Shown here: one piece after another, positions 35,004 to 44,042 of the stretch
Numbering within the stretch: the stretch's first letter is position 1
How the letters are laid out: each line of letters starts with the position of its first letter
NCBI GenBank assembly: GCA_041695085.1
Contig: JBGFRO010000003.1
Coordinates: 8,603-72,602 of the forward strand
Direction: 5' to 3'
Source: Bacteroidota bacterium
GTDB taxonomy: Bacteria > Bacteroidota > Ignavibacteria > UBA10030
Length of the DNA: 64,000 nucleotides
Made by a program: the position numbers and the translations under genes
Notes under the pieces: generated by a model
Seen by the model: the letters and a program-made list of their open reading frames with translations, nothing else
The model's database searches: none
What the model was told of the DNA's origin: nothing

Positions 35004-36020
35004 GTGTACACGATAACGCTTATTCCGGGGGATGGCATTGGACCGAGCATCTCCGACTCGGCCCGTCGTATCGTTGAAGCGACAGGTGTGCGCATTACGT
35101 GGGACGTGCAAGAGGCCGGCTTGGCAGCAATTGATAAGGTCAAAGATCCGCTGCCACAAGCGGTGCTCGATTCCATCTCCCGTAACAAGGTTGCGCTCAA
35201 AGGTCCCCTCACAACGCCTGTTGGTACCGGATTTCGCAGTGTGAACGTCGCACTGCGGAAGGAGTTTGATCTGTACATCAACTTACGACCCGCCCGTTCG
35301 ATGGAGGGTGTCCGCTCGCACTTTACCAACATCGATCTCATCGTGTTTCGGGAAAACACCGAGGAGTTTTATGCCGGCATTGAACATTATATCGACGCCC
35401 GCAAGAGTGCTGCTGAAACGATCGGTATCGTAACTCGTGTCGGCTCCGAACGAATTGTTCGCGCGGCATTTGAGTATGCCAGAAAACACAAGCGCAAGAA
35501 GGTCACCATCGTCCACAAAGCCAATATCATGAAGTACACGGGCGGACTCTTTCTCGAAGTAGGACGCCAGGTGGCATCGGAGTATCCGGAGATCGAATGC
35601 AACGATAAGATCATCGACAACATGGCAATGCAGTTGGTGATGAATCCGCACCAATTCGATGTCATCGTCACGACGAACTTGTTCGGGGATATTCTCTCCG
35701 ATCTCTGTTCGGGTCTGGTGGGAGGTCTGGGTATGGCCCCGGGGGCGAACATTGGAGATGGTATCGCGATCTTTGAAGCGGTGCATGGGAGCGCGCCTGA
35801 TATTGCAGGGAAGAACATCGCCAATCCGTGCGCCATGGCTCTTGCAGGAGCGATGATGCTTGATTACCTCGGCGAGCTTTCCGCTGCAGAGAAGATTCAA
35901 CGAGCGATCGCGGATGTTGTCAAGGAGGGAAAGAGGGTCACGCCAGATCTCCGACCCGATTCCTCTGTGACCACTGATCAAATGACCGATGCAATCGTCG
36001 AGCGAATTCACGCACTTTGA
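35004..36020 (+). CDS. Isocitrate/isopropylmalate dehydrogenase family protein, most like NAD-dependent (IDH3-type) isocitrate or homoisocitrate dehydrogenase
   Basis: ITLIPGDGIGPSIS…ITWDV…, SVNVALRKEFDLYINLRP, DLIVFRENTEEFYAG, NLFGDILSDL…GGLGMAPGANIG. GTG start. Confidence 0.75.
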   Translation: MYTITLIPGDGIGPSISDSARRIVEATGVRITWDVQEAGLAAIDKVKDPLPQAVLDSISRNKVALKGPLTTPVGTGFRSVNVALRKEFDLYINLRPARSMEGVRSHFTNIDLIVFRENTEEFYAGIEHYIDARKSAAETIGIVTRVGSERIVRAAFEYARKHKRKKVTIVHKANIMKYTGGLFLEVGRQVASEYPEIECNDKIIDNMAMQLVMNPHQFDVIVTTNLFGDILSDLCSGLVGGLGMAPGANIGDGIAIFEAVHGSAPDIAGKNIANPCAMALAGAMMLDYLGELSAAEKIQRAIADVVKEGKRVTPDLRPDSSVTTDQMTDAIVERIHAL

Positions 36021-36059
36021 ATTGTCAGAAAACACACAAGTCTTACTGTAACTCAAGAA

Positions 36060-37067
36060 ATGAAAATCGGATCCATCTCGCTTGATCGCCCCATCGTCCT
36101 CGCCCCGATGGAGGATGTCACCGACCTCCCGTTCCGGGTCATTTGCAAAAGATTGGGTGCCGATATCGTCTACACTGAATTTGTAAACTCCGACGGTCTC
36201 GTCAGAGACTCCGTAAAGGCAAAGAAGAAAATGGAGTTTCTCGAAGAGGAGCGCCCGTTCGGCATCCAAATCTACGGTGGTGTCGAGGAATCAATGGAAG
36301 GAGCGGCACAGATTGCGGAACGTTGTGATCCCGATCTGGTTGACATTAATTGTGGCTGCTGGGTGAAAGATGTAGCGATGAGGGGAGCGGGGGCGGGGTT
36401 GCTCCGCGATCTCCCTCGTATGGAGCGCATCGTCACACGGATTGTCAATGCAACGCGGCTCCCTGTAACGGTCAAGACCCGGCTTGGTTGGGATACTGAG
36501 AGCATTCGGATCGTCGAGGTAGCAAAAATGCTTGAGCAGGCGGGAGTGAAGGGATTGACGATTCACTGTCGGACCCGCGATCAAGGGCACAAGGGAGATC
36601 CGGATTATCGTTGGATTCCGAGAGTCAAAGCAGCAGTCAACATCCCTCTCTTCGTCAATGGCAGCATCGACACGCCTCAAAAAGTGGAAGAGGTATTTCG
36701 CGAAACGGGGTGTGATGGAGTGATGATCGGTCGTGCAGCGATCGACAATCCATGGATTTTCAAACAGGCCAAACAATACTTGTTGTCAGGTGAGCTTTTG
36801 ACCGCACCGACCGTTGATGAACGAATCGATTTGCTCCTCGAGCATCTCCGTCTTTCCGTTGAATTCAAAGGGGAGCGGAAAGGAGTCATTGAATTCCGCA
36901 AACATTATTCAGGATACCTCCGTAATCTGCCGTACGCCTCGAAAGTGCGGCAGGAGTTGATGCAGTTCATCGAAATGGATCCTATCGTCGACCTCCTTCG
37001 CCGCTACGTTGCGTTGCTCGAGTCGCTGGATGAATCCTCGCCTCTACCGGTCTCTCCCCATGGATAA
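36060..37067 (+). CDS. dusB: tRNA-dihydrouridine synthase
   Basis: …LAPMEDVTDLPFRVICKRLGADIVYTEFV…INCGCW…TVKTRLGWD…HCRTR… is typical of the Dus family. The ~335 aa length fits DusB. Confidence 0.8.
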   Translation: MKIGSISLDRPIVLAPMEDVTDLPFRVICKRLGADIVYTEFVNSDGLVRDSVKAKKKMEFLEEERPFGIQIYGGVEESMEGAAQIAERCDPDLVDINCGCWVKDVAMRGAGAGLLRDLPRMERIVTRIVNATRLPVTVKTRLGWDTESIRIVEVAKMLEQAGVKGLTIHCRTRDQGHKGDPDYRWIPRVKAAVNIPLFVNGSIDTPQKVEEVFRETGCDGVMIGRAAIDNPWIFKQAKQYLLSGELLTAPTVDERIDLLLEHLRLSVEFKGERKGVIEFRKHYSGYLRNLPYASKVRQELMQFIEMDPIVDLLRRYVALLESLDESSPLPVSPHG

Positions 37068-38808
37068 GAAGCGCGTTGCCGAAATACTCGATGAAATGGG
37101 AACGCTCTTTGAGTTGAAGGGGGAAAATCCTTTCAAATGCCGCGCCTTCCATAATGCCTCCCGCGTGATTGAGGCTCTGACGCACGATCTTGGTGATCTT
37201 GTCTCGAACGGAAAGATTCGAGAAGTGAAGGGGATCGGGGAACACCTCGCACACATCATTACCGACCTTGTTGTCCATGGAAACTCCAAGGAGTACGAGG
37301 AGCTTCGTTCCTCCTTGCCCGCCGGATTGATTGATATGACGCGTATCCAGGGGCTCGGGCCGAAACGCATTAAGGTTCTCTATGAGAAGTTGCATATTCG
37401 TTCGCTTGCCGAACTGAAACAGGCTTGTGAGGAACACCGGCTCGCAAAGATCGAAGGCTTTGGTGAGAAAACCGAAGAAAACATCCTCAAAGGAATCGAG
37501 CTCCTTGCCAAGATAAGCGACAAGCATTTATATCCAAAAGCGAAGGAAGCAGCCGAGCGAATTCATTCTACCATTGTTTCCTTGAAAGCAGTACACCGAG
37601 CGGAGATCGCAGGGAGCCTGAGGAGGAAGAAGGAGGTGATCGGCGACATCGATATCGTCGTTAGCTCTGAGGAACGACATCGTGAGAACATCTTTGAAGT
37701 GTTCATCACCCATGCCGATGTTCAATCGGTGATCGCCCGAGGAGAAACAAAATCGAGCGTGCTGCTTGCGTCAGGCATCCAATGTGATCTGCGCATCGTC
37801 GCTCGCCGGGAGTATCCCTTTGCGCTGAACTATTTCACCGGCAGCAAAGAACACAACGTTGAATTGAGATCGCGCGCCCGAAAGCTCGGACTCAGCCTCA
37901 ACGAATACGGCTTCACCAAGCTTGAAGAAGGCAAGGGGAAGAAACCCGTTAAAATCCCGATCTGCAGGGATGAGGCAGATATCTACGAAGTGCTCGGCTT
38001 GAAGTACATTGAGCCGGAGCTGCGTGAAAATATGGGGGAATTTGAAGCTGCGGAGGATGGAACACTACCGAAGCTGATTGAGGAACAGGATCTGCGGGGA
38101 ACGTTTCATTGTCACTCGACATACAGCGACGGGGCGAATACCATCGAAGAAATGGTGGATGCTGCACGCGACCTCGGTTGGAGCTACCTCGGAATTGCAG
38201 ATCATAGCAAAGCCGCTGCGTATGCGGGAGGCCTTTCCGAAGACCGTGTGAAATTACAGCACAAAGAAATCGACAAGCTGAATGGCTCGATGAAAAACTT
38301 CCGGATCTTCAAAGGATCAGAGGTCGATATCCTCGCGGATGGAGCGTTGGATTATGACGACCGCCTTCTTGCATCGTTTGATTACGTGGTTGCTTCCATT
38401 CATAGTAAGTTCAAGATGACGGAAGCAGAGGCGACGAAGCGTGTCATTCGTGCATTGAAGAACAAGTATGTGACCTTTCTTGGACACCCAACGGGGCGGC
38501 TTTTGTTAGGAAGGGAGGGATATCCCATCAACATGATCGAAGTCATCCAAGCCGCCGCAGATTATGGAAAGGGGATCGAGATCAACTCGCATCCTCTCCG
38601 TCTCGATCTTGATTGGCGTTTGGTGAAACCTGCGAAGGAAAAGAAGGTCCCCCTCTTCATCAATCCCGATGCGCATAACGTGGAAGGACTCAAGGATGTG
38701 TACTTTGGAGTCGGTATCGCGCGCAAGGGATGGCTCGAGGCCAAGGACGTCGTCAACGCGTGGGAGGTGAAAAAGGTCGAGAAGTTCTTGCAGGATGTGA
38801 GAAGGTAA
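37060..38808 (+). CDS. polX: Family X DNA polymerase with C-terminal PHP exonuclease domain
   Basis: MDKKRVAEILDEMGTLFELKGENPFKCRAFHNASR (Pol-beta-like HhH N-terminus), GSLRRKKEVIGDIDIVV (nucleotidyltransferase DxD), and PHP motifs HCHSTYSDG … IADHS. Start set to the ATG at 37060, overlapping dusB by 8 nt. Confidence 0.85.
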   Translation: MDKKRVAEILDEMGTLFELKGENPFKCRAFHNASRVIEALTHDLGDLVSNGKIREVKGIGEHLAHIITDLVVHGNSKEYEELRSSLPAGLIDMTRIQGLGPKRIKVLYEKLHIRSLAELKQACEEHRLAKIEGFGEKTEENILKGIELLAKISDKHLYPKAKEAAERIHSTIVSLKAVHRAEIAGSLRRKKEVIGDIDIVVSSEERHRENIFEVFITHADVQSVIARGETKSSVLLASGIQCDLRIVARREYPFALNYFTGSKEHNVELRSRARKLGLSLNEYGFTKLEEGKGKKPVKIPICRDEADIYEVLGLKYIEPELRENMGEFEAAEDGTLPKLIEEQDLRGTFHCHSTYSDGANTIEEMVDAARDLGWSYLGIADHSKAAAYAGGLSEDRVKLQHKEIDKLNGSMKNFRIFKGSEVDILADGALDYDDRLLASFDYVVASIHSKFKMTEAEATKRVIRALKNKYVTFLGHPTGRLLLGREGYPINMIEVIQAAADYGKGIEINSHPLRLDLDWRLVKPAKEKKVPLFINPDAHNVEGLKDVYFGVGIARKGWLEAKDVVNAWEVKKVEKFLQDVRR

Positions 38809-38875
38809 AGTTCAAAGAGATCCTTGGGGAAGTTCTCCTCCATCAGACGAAGGACACAAAGATAACGATCATCCC

Positions 38876-39556
38876 ATGACCACGGCGAGAAGCAGGAAAT
38901 CCGTTCTCGAAGCGAAAGAACGGATCAAGAAGATCCTTCAACTCTTGAAGAAAGAATATCCTCATCCAAGAATCGCACTCAACTATTCGAATCCGCTCGA
39001 GCTTCTCATCGCCGTTCTCCTTTCCGCCCAATGTACCGATGCTCGTGTGAACGAGGTGACGAAATCGTTGTTTAAAAAGTACCGCACGGCGAAGGACTAT
39101 GCCGAGGCACGTCAGGAGGAACTTGAGCAAGACATCCGCTCGACAGGCTTCTACCGCAATAAAGCGAAGAACATCATCGCGTGTTGCAAAGCGCTCGTTG
39201 AGCGACACAACGGAAAGGTGCCCGACTCTATGGAACAATTGACGAAATTGGCGGGGGTGGGGAGAAAGACTGCCAACTGCGTTCTGGGCGGAGCGTACGG
39301 CATTTGCTCCGGCGTTATCGTCGATACACACGTGAAGCGATTGGCCAACCGGTTGGGACTTTCACGCCATGACGATCCCGAGAAAATCGAACTCGATTTG
39401 ATGCAAATTGTCCCCCAGCCTGAATGGTATGACTTCAGCAACCGACTGATCTGGCACGGGCGAAAAGTGTGTCACGCACGTAAGCCGAAGTGTCCGGAAT
39501 GCATTCTTCAACCTCATTGTCCTTCAGCGGAGGAGTACTTGAGGAAGTACTGGTAG
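38876..39556 (+). CDS. nth: Endonuclease III
   Basis: …LLSAQCTDARVN…, HhH-GPD LTKLAGVGRKTANCVLG, catalytic region VDTHVKRL, and Fe-S cluster loop CHARKPKCPECILQPHC. Confidence 0.9.
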   Translation: MTTARSRKSVLEAKERIKKILQLLKKEYPHPRIALNYSNPLELLIAVLLSAQCTDARVNEVTKSLFKKYRTAKDYAEARQEELEQDIRSTGFYRNKAKNIIACCKALVERHNGKVPDSMEQLTKLAGVGRKTANCVLGGAYGICSGVIVDTHVKRLANRLGLSRHDDPEKIELDLMQIVPQPEWYDFSNRLIWHGRKVCHARKPKCPECILQPHCPSAEEYLRKYW

Positions 39557-39563
39557 CGAAGAA

Positions 39564-39869
39564 TCAATTGGCTCGATGTTTCTCGCCTGCGTCAATGACG
39601 AGATGTCGAACTTCGGAAGAACCGACGGAGGGGTGTTTGCTTGCATCGTCTGCCAATCCCGCGATACAACTGACGCAGAAATAGTAGACCTTGGAATCTC
39701 CCACAGCCCGCTCCACAAGTTGCTCCTTTGGAAAACGAACGCGGCAGAGTGTGCATGTTTCTGAATGCAATTCCTCCGTCGTCGGCGGCTTCCGCATGAT
39801 CAAACTATAGCCGTAGAAGATGATGCCGACGAGGAAGATGACAAAGATGATCGCAACGGTTTCGAACAT
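39564..39869 (-). CDS. Small membrane-anchored protein with zinc-ribbon-like CxxC…CxxC (hypothetical)
   Basis: 101 aa. One N-terminal TM helix, then CTLCRVRF…YYFCVSC. Starts 1 nt after the stop of the upstream methyltransferase gene. Confidence 0.5.
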   Translation of the reverse strand: MFETVAIIFVIFLVGIIFYGYSLIMRKPPTTEELHSETCTLCRVRFPKEQLVERAVGDSKVYYFCVSCIAGLADDASKHPSVGSSEVRHLVIDAGEKHRAN

Positions 39870-39870
39870 G

Positions 39871-40497
39871 TCATCCTTTTAAGCTGATCGAAACGCCGTC
39901 TCGTAAGGGGACGATGGTCGTGAATAAATCTTTCGTCGTATAGAGCATGCGATTGAACGTGAGGATACCCGCTGTGTCTGCATCAGGCTTCTTATCGAAG
40001 ATCCTGCCGCTCCACAACACATTATCTGCAATTAACAATCCCCCCTTTTTAAGTCGAGGCAACGCTTTCTTAAGCGCTTGCGGGTAGTTTCGTTTGTCGA
40101 TGTCGATAAAGATGCTATCGAAATCTCCATCGACGGTCTGAAGTAACTGCAACGCATCGCCGACGAGAAAGTCGATTCGCGCGTTGATGCGTCCCCGCTT
40201 AAAGAAGGTTTGTGCAAGCTCTTTGTTTTCGGAACGTGAATCTGTGCAAATCACAGTTCCGTCTTTCCCGATCGCTTTTCCGAACCAGTAAGCAGAATAA
40301 CCGAAACCGGACCCCATTTCGAAAATTCGCTTCCCACCGGTCGATTTCGTGAGAAGGTAGATCAATCGACCCACCAGCGGACCGATGATGGGAAAGTCTC
40401 TTTTCTCTGCCAGCGCTTCCATTTCCGTAAGGACATCATCGCGATCGGGAATGATCTCCGCTAGATATGCTTCGACGTGAGAATTGATTAGTTCCAT
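39871..40497 (-). CDS. Class I SAM-dependent O-methyltransferase (family 3, caffeoyl-CoA OMT-like)
   Basis: …IGPLVGRLIYLLTKSTGGKRIFEMGSGFGYSAYWF…FIDIDKRNY…GGLLIADNVLWSG…. Start set to the ATG at 40497 (MELINSHVEAYL…) because the track start is TTG. Confidence 0.75.
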   Translation of the reverse strand: MELINSHVEAYLAEIIPDRDDVLTEMEALAEKRDFPIIGPLVGRLIYLLTKSTGGKRIFEMGSGFGYSAYWFGKAIGKDGTVICTDSRSENKELAQTFFKRGRINARIDFLVGDALQLLQTVDGDFDSIFIDIDKRNYPQALKKALPRLKKGGLLIADNVLWSGRIFDKKPDADTAGILTFNRMLYTTKDLFTTIVPLRDGVSISLKG

Positions 40498-40664
40498 AGA
40501 AGGCTCAGCGAGGATGACAGAAATATACAGATTCTGGAACAATTTCCAAATCGTCCGGTCAATAGCAGGAACAGCTGTATTCTGTTCATTGGAGTCTGAT
40601 TTGATTTTGGCTCAAAAAAGAATGACCTTTTTGTGCAAATCTCTGGTAAACGTGAGGGAGAGGT

Positions 40665-41216
40665 ATGAAGTACGAACAGGCCCTGGAGTTGATGCATCAT
40701 TACACGAAGAGCGATGCACTCCGTAAGCATATGTATGCTGTTGAGGCGACGATGGGTGCATATGCAAGGAAGTTCGGGGAAGATGTCGAGACATGGCGCA
40801 TTGTGGGTCTCTTGCACGATTTTGATTACGAGCAGTTTCCGAGCGCGCCGGACCACCCGTCAAAAGGATCGGAGATTCTTCGTGATAAAGGATATCCCGA
40901 AGAGATTCGAAGGGCAATTTTGAGCCACGCCGACTATATGAACGTGCCGCGCGACACAAAACTTGCCCAAGCACTTTATGCATGTGACGAGCTGTGTGGA
41001 TTCATCACCGCTGTTGCTGTCATTCGTCCGAACAAGATCATGGATCTCGAGGTCTCCTCCGTGAAAAAGAAAATGAAGGATAAGGGTTTTGCGCGCAATG
41101 TGAGCAGGGAGGACATCCAGCGCGGCGCCGAGGAATGGGGTGTCCCGTTAGATGAACACATCCAATTCTGCATCGATGCCATGCGGGCCGATGCCGTACG
41201 ATTAGGCCTTGAGTGA
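40665..41216 (+). CDS. HD-domain phosphohydrolase
   Basis: …ALRKHMYAVE…VGLLHDFDYEQ…ILSHADY… (H…HD…H…D pattern). Confidence 0.7.
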   Translation: MKYEQALELMHHYTKSDALRKHMYAVEATMGAYARKFGEDVETWRIVGLLHDFDYEQFPSAPDHPSKGSEILRDKGYPEEIRRAILSHADYMNVPRDTKLAQALYACDELCGFITAVAVIRPNKIMDLEVSSVKKKMKDKGFARNVSREDIQRGAEEWGVPLDEHIQFCIDAMRADAVRLGLE

Positions 41217-41226
41217 AGGAGAAGCG

Positions 41227-41898
41227 ATGCCACTAGATCGCGTGTTGGAGCCTGAGGTGATGGATACCTGGGAGGATGCGATCGAGTATGACGCGATGGA
41301 TTTCACGGAGGTCAACTCCGCATTCGCCCAGCGCGCGGCCGAACTTGGTCCTCCCAACGCTCGCGTTCTGGACGTTGGAACGGGCACCGCTCGCATCCCA
41401 ATTCTCATCTGTCAACGGCGCCCCGATTGGCACATCACAGCCATCGATCTTTCATCGAACATGCTCAAGGTAGGGGAGAAGAATGTGTGTGAGGCGGCAC
41501 TGAAGGAGAGAATTCATCTTCAACTCATAGACGCCAAGACCCTTCCGTTTCCCGACGGCGTGTTCGATATGGTTGTTTCGAATAGCATCGTTCATCATAT
41601 ACCGGAACCGCTCCATGCGCTGGAAGAAATGAGACGTGTTTTGAAAAAAGGAGGGGCGCTGCTCGTGCGCGATTTGTTCCGGCCTGCGACGCAGGAACAG
41701 CTCGAAGAACTCGTGGAACGAGTGTGCGCCAACGATACACCAAACCAGAAGAAACTGTTTCGCGACTCGCTTCACGCCGCACTCACTCTAGAGGAAGTGC
41801 AAATCCTGGCTCGTAAGGCAGGATTAACCGGCTGCCGTATTTACCAATCGTCAGATCGACATTGGACGATTGAACGGGCTTGGAGGGCGACTTATTAG
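41227..41898 (+). CDS. Class I SAM-dependent methyltransferase
   Basis: Motif I VLDVGTGTARIP and post-I ITAIDLS, plus …VSNSIVHHIPEP…LKKGGALLVRD. Start set to the ATG at 41227 behind GAAGGAG. Confidence 0.75.
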   Translation: MPLDRVLEPEVMDTWEDAIEYDAMDFTEVNSAFAQRAAELGPPNARVLDVGTGTARIPILICQRRPDWHITAIDLSSNMLKVGEKNVCEAALKERIHLQLIDAKTLPFPDGVFDMVVSNSIVHHIPEPLHALEEMRRVLKKGGALLVRDLFRPATQEQLEELVERVCANDTPNQKKLFRDSLHAALTLEEVQILARKAGLTGCRIYQSSDRHWTIERAWRATY

Positions 41899-42276
41899 AA
41901 CTCGTCGATATTCCGCAAGAACTTGAAAACGTGGCGGGTCATACGCTGAGAGCATCAATTATAGTGTGTCAAAACCACCAAACAATGGGGGAACTTCTTC
42001 CCGGATCGAGAAGTTTACACCTACGACCATGTCTCCGAATGTCGGCCATATGGACCAAAGATGTGATCCCACGACAGCCGTGGTTACGATGAGCCCGTTA
42101 TACACTGCTCCTCGTGTCGTGGAAACCACATCTTCCTGCATCTTCCCCTCGTTCATCACCTGCTGTTGTTGTTGACGCGGGCACCCTTTTTCCGCCATCG
42201 TCGCGATTTCTTCCGCAACTTGCCCCGTTGCGTTACCTTCTTTCTTCAACATCAAAGTGATGCTGATGACTACGTG

Positions 42277-43209
42277 ATGTTTCATTTGACACATATTGAA
42301 CAAACAAGATCGATTCTCGATCGAATCGGGAACACGCCCCTTGTTCCGTTGCAAAGAATTGTCCGACCGGAACTGGGAGCCCGTGTCAGATTGCACGCGA
42401 AAGCCGAGTGGTTCAATCCGGGGGGTTCGGTCAAAGACCGGCCCGCTCTCAATATGATTTTGGAAGGAGAACGATCGGGTGCGTTAGACCGTCACAAGAC
42501 AATCATCGATGCAACGAGCGGTAACACCGGTATCGCATATGCGATGATTGGTGCCGTACGAGGTTATCGGGTTAAGCTTGCATTGCCTGCGAATGCAAGC
42601 GAGGAACGGAAATCCATCCTCCGCGCCTACGGCGCCGAGGTGATTCTTACTGATCCACTGGAAGGGACGGACGGTGCGCAGCGTCTCGCTCGCCGACTTG
42701 TGTCAGAGCGTCCGGATGAATACTTTTATCCAGACCAGTATAACAATCCGGCAAATTGGCAGGCTCATTATCGGACCACCGCGGAGGAAATCTTCGAACA
42801 GACAGGTGGACACATCACCCATTTTGTTGCCGGACTTGGTACGACGGGAACGTTTGTTGGAACCTCTCGCCGGCTTAAAGAACTCAATCCTGCGATCAAG
42901 TGCGTCTCGTTTGAACCGGACATACCGCTGCATGCGATGGAGGGACTGAAATATCTTGAGACTTCCATCATGCCGGGGATTTATGATTCAACACTTGCCG
43001 ACGTGCACCTGCGCATTTCCACCGAGGAAGCTCGCTTGATGGTGAAACGGCTTGCACGCGAAGAAGGACTACTTGTGGGTATTTCATCCGGCGCTGCATG
43101 TGCTGCCTGCCTGAAAGTCGGGCACCTTCTCGATGAGGCAGTCATCGTTACCGTGTTTCCCGATAGCGGAGTCAAATACCTGAGCGAGGCGTTCTGGATT
43201 GGGCAATGA
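42277..43209 (+). CDS. cysM: Cysteine synthase B-type PLP enzyme (CysM-like; likely uses the thiocarboxylated carrier encoded downstream)
   Basis: IGNTPLVPL…, PLP-lysine motif NPGGSVKDRPA, TSGNTGIAYA, and the GTTGT loop. Start set to the ATG at 42277 (the track start adds 37 non-homologous codons). Confidence 0.8.
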   Translation: MFHLTHIEQTRSILDRIGNTPLVPLQRIVRPELGARVRLHAKAEWFNPGGSVKDRPALNMILEGERSGALDRHKTIIDATSGNTGIAYAMIGAVRGYRVKLALPANASEERKSILRAYGAEVILTDPLEGTDGAQRLARRLVSERPDEYFYPDQYNNPANWQAHYRTTAEEIFEQTGGHITHFVAGLGTTGTFVGTSRRLKELNPAIKCVSFEPDIPLHAMEGLKYLETSIMPGIYDSTLADVHLRISTEEARLMVKRLAREEGLLVGISSGAACAACLKVGHLLDEAVIVTVFPDSGVKYLSEAFWIGQ

Positions 43210-43272
43210 GGCATCTTCGGATGGAGGTTCGTTCATCATCAACGGCAGCTCAGGAAGATCGGAACAACTTTT

Positions 43273-43695
43273 ATGATCAAACTCGATTCGCGCCTTGCGC
43301 AAAGGATCAAGAAACACGCCGTAGAGGCGTATCCGGAGGAGTGTTGTGGGATTCTTCTGGGAATATCTGAAGGTGGCGCGAAGATCGTCTCAACTATTCT
43401 TGAGATTTCGAACGCACGGACAAATGAACGCAGGCGCCGCTTCTTGATTTCTGCCGACCAATATCGACAGGCTGAGGAACGGGCGCGAATAGAAGGATGG
43501 GAGATACTCGGAATCTACCATTCCCATCCCGACCACCCGGCACGACCGTCGGAGTTTGATCTGGCACACGCACTTCCATCCTGGTCATCCCTCATCGTCT
43601 CCGTCAGGAAGGGAATACCGGAGGAGTTTACATCGTGGTTGCTCAAAGAAGATCGATCCGGTTATGAGGAAGAACAGATCGCAATCGAAACGTAA
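43273..43695 (+). CDS. mec: JAMM/MPN+ metalloprotease (Mec-like)
   Basis: EECCG glutamate and HSHPDHPARPSEFD (H-x-H-x7-S-x2-D JAMM motif). 140 aa. Confidence 0.8.
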   Translation: MIKLDSRLAQRIKKHAVEAYPEECCGILLGISEGGAKIVSTILEISNARTNERRRRFLISADQYRQAEERARIEGWEILGIYHSHPDHPARPSEFDLAHALPSWSSLIVSVRKGIPEEFTSWLLKEDRSGYEEEQIAIET

Positions 43696-43751
43696 GCGAC
43701 ATGAATCCATGCCACAACACTCCGTAGAGTGAAAGGAGGGAATAGATCGTT

Positions 43752-44042
43752 ATGCCTGTCACAGTTCTCATCCCTGCGCCATTAAGACCGTACACCAACA
43801 ATCAAGAAACCGTCGAGCTTGAGGGAACAACCGTAGGGGAGTTGCTCGAGGCGTTGGTTGTGCGCTTTGCCAATCTCAAAAAACATCTTTACGCGGAGGA
43901 CGGCCACCTCCGCAGTTATGTCAACATCTACGTGAATGATGAAGATATTCGATCACTTCAACATGAACAGACTCCTGTCACGGAAAAGGACGTTATCAGT
44001 ATCATTCCGTCGATAGCAGGAGGGAAGGAGGGAATGGTATGA
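43752..44042 (+). CDS. cysO: MoaD/ThiS-family sulfur-carrier protein (CysO-like) with post-GG extension
   Basis: 96 aa. Beta-grasp-like pattern ending …ISIIPSIAGGKEGMV. Strong SD (AAAGGAGGGAA). Stop overlaps the E1 gene start (ATGA). Confidence 0.75.
   Translation: MPVTVLIPAPLRPYTNNQETVELEGTTVGELLEALVVRFANLKKHLYAEDGHLRSYVNIYVNDEDIRSLQHEQTPVTEKDVISIIPSIAGGKEGMV

Noticed and set aside
35283-36269. 328-aa minus-strand ORF
   Set aside because: It is completely antisense to the dehydrogenase (strong family motifs on the + strand) and to the dusB 5' end. Its composition is Arg/Ser/Asp-rich with no recognisable motif.
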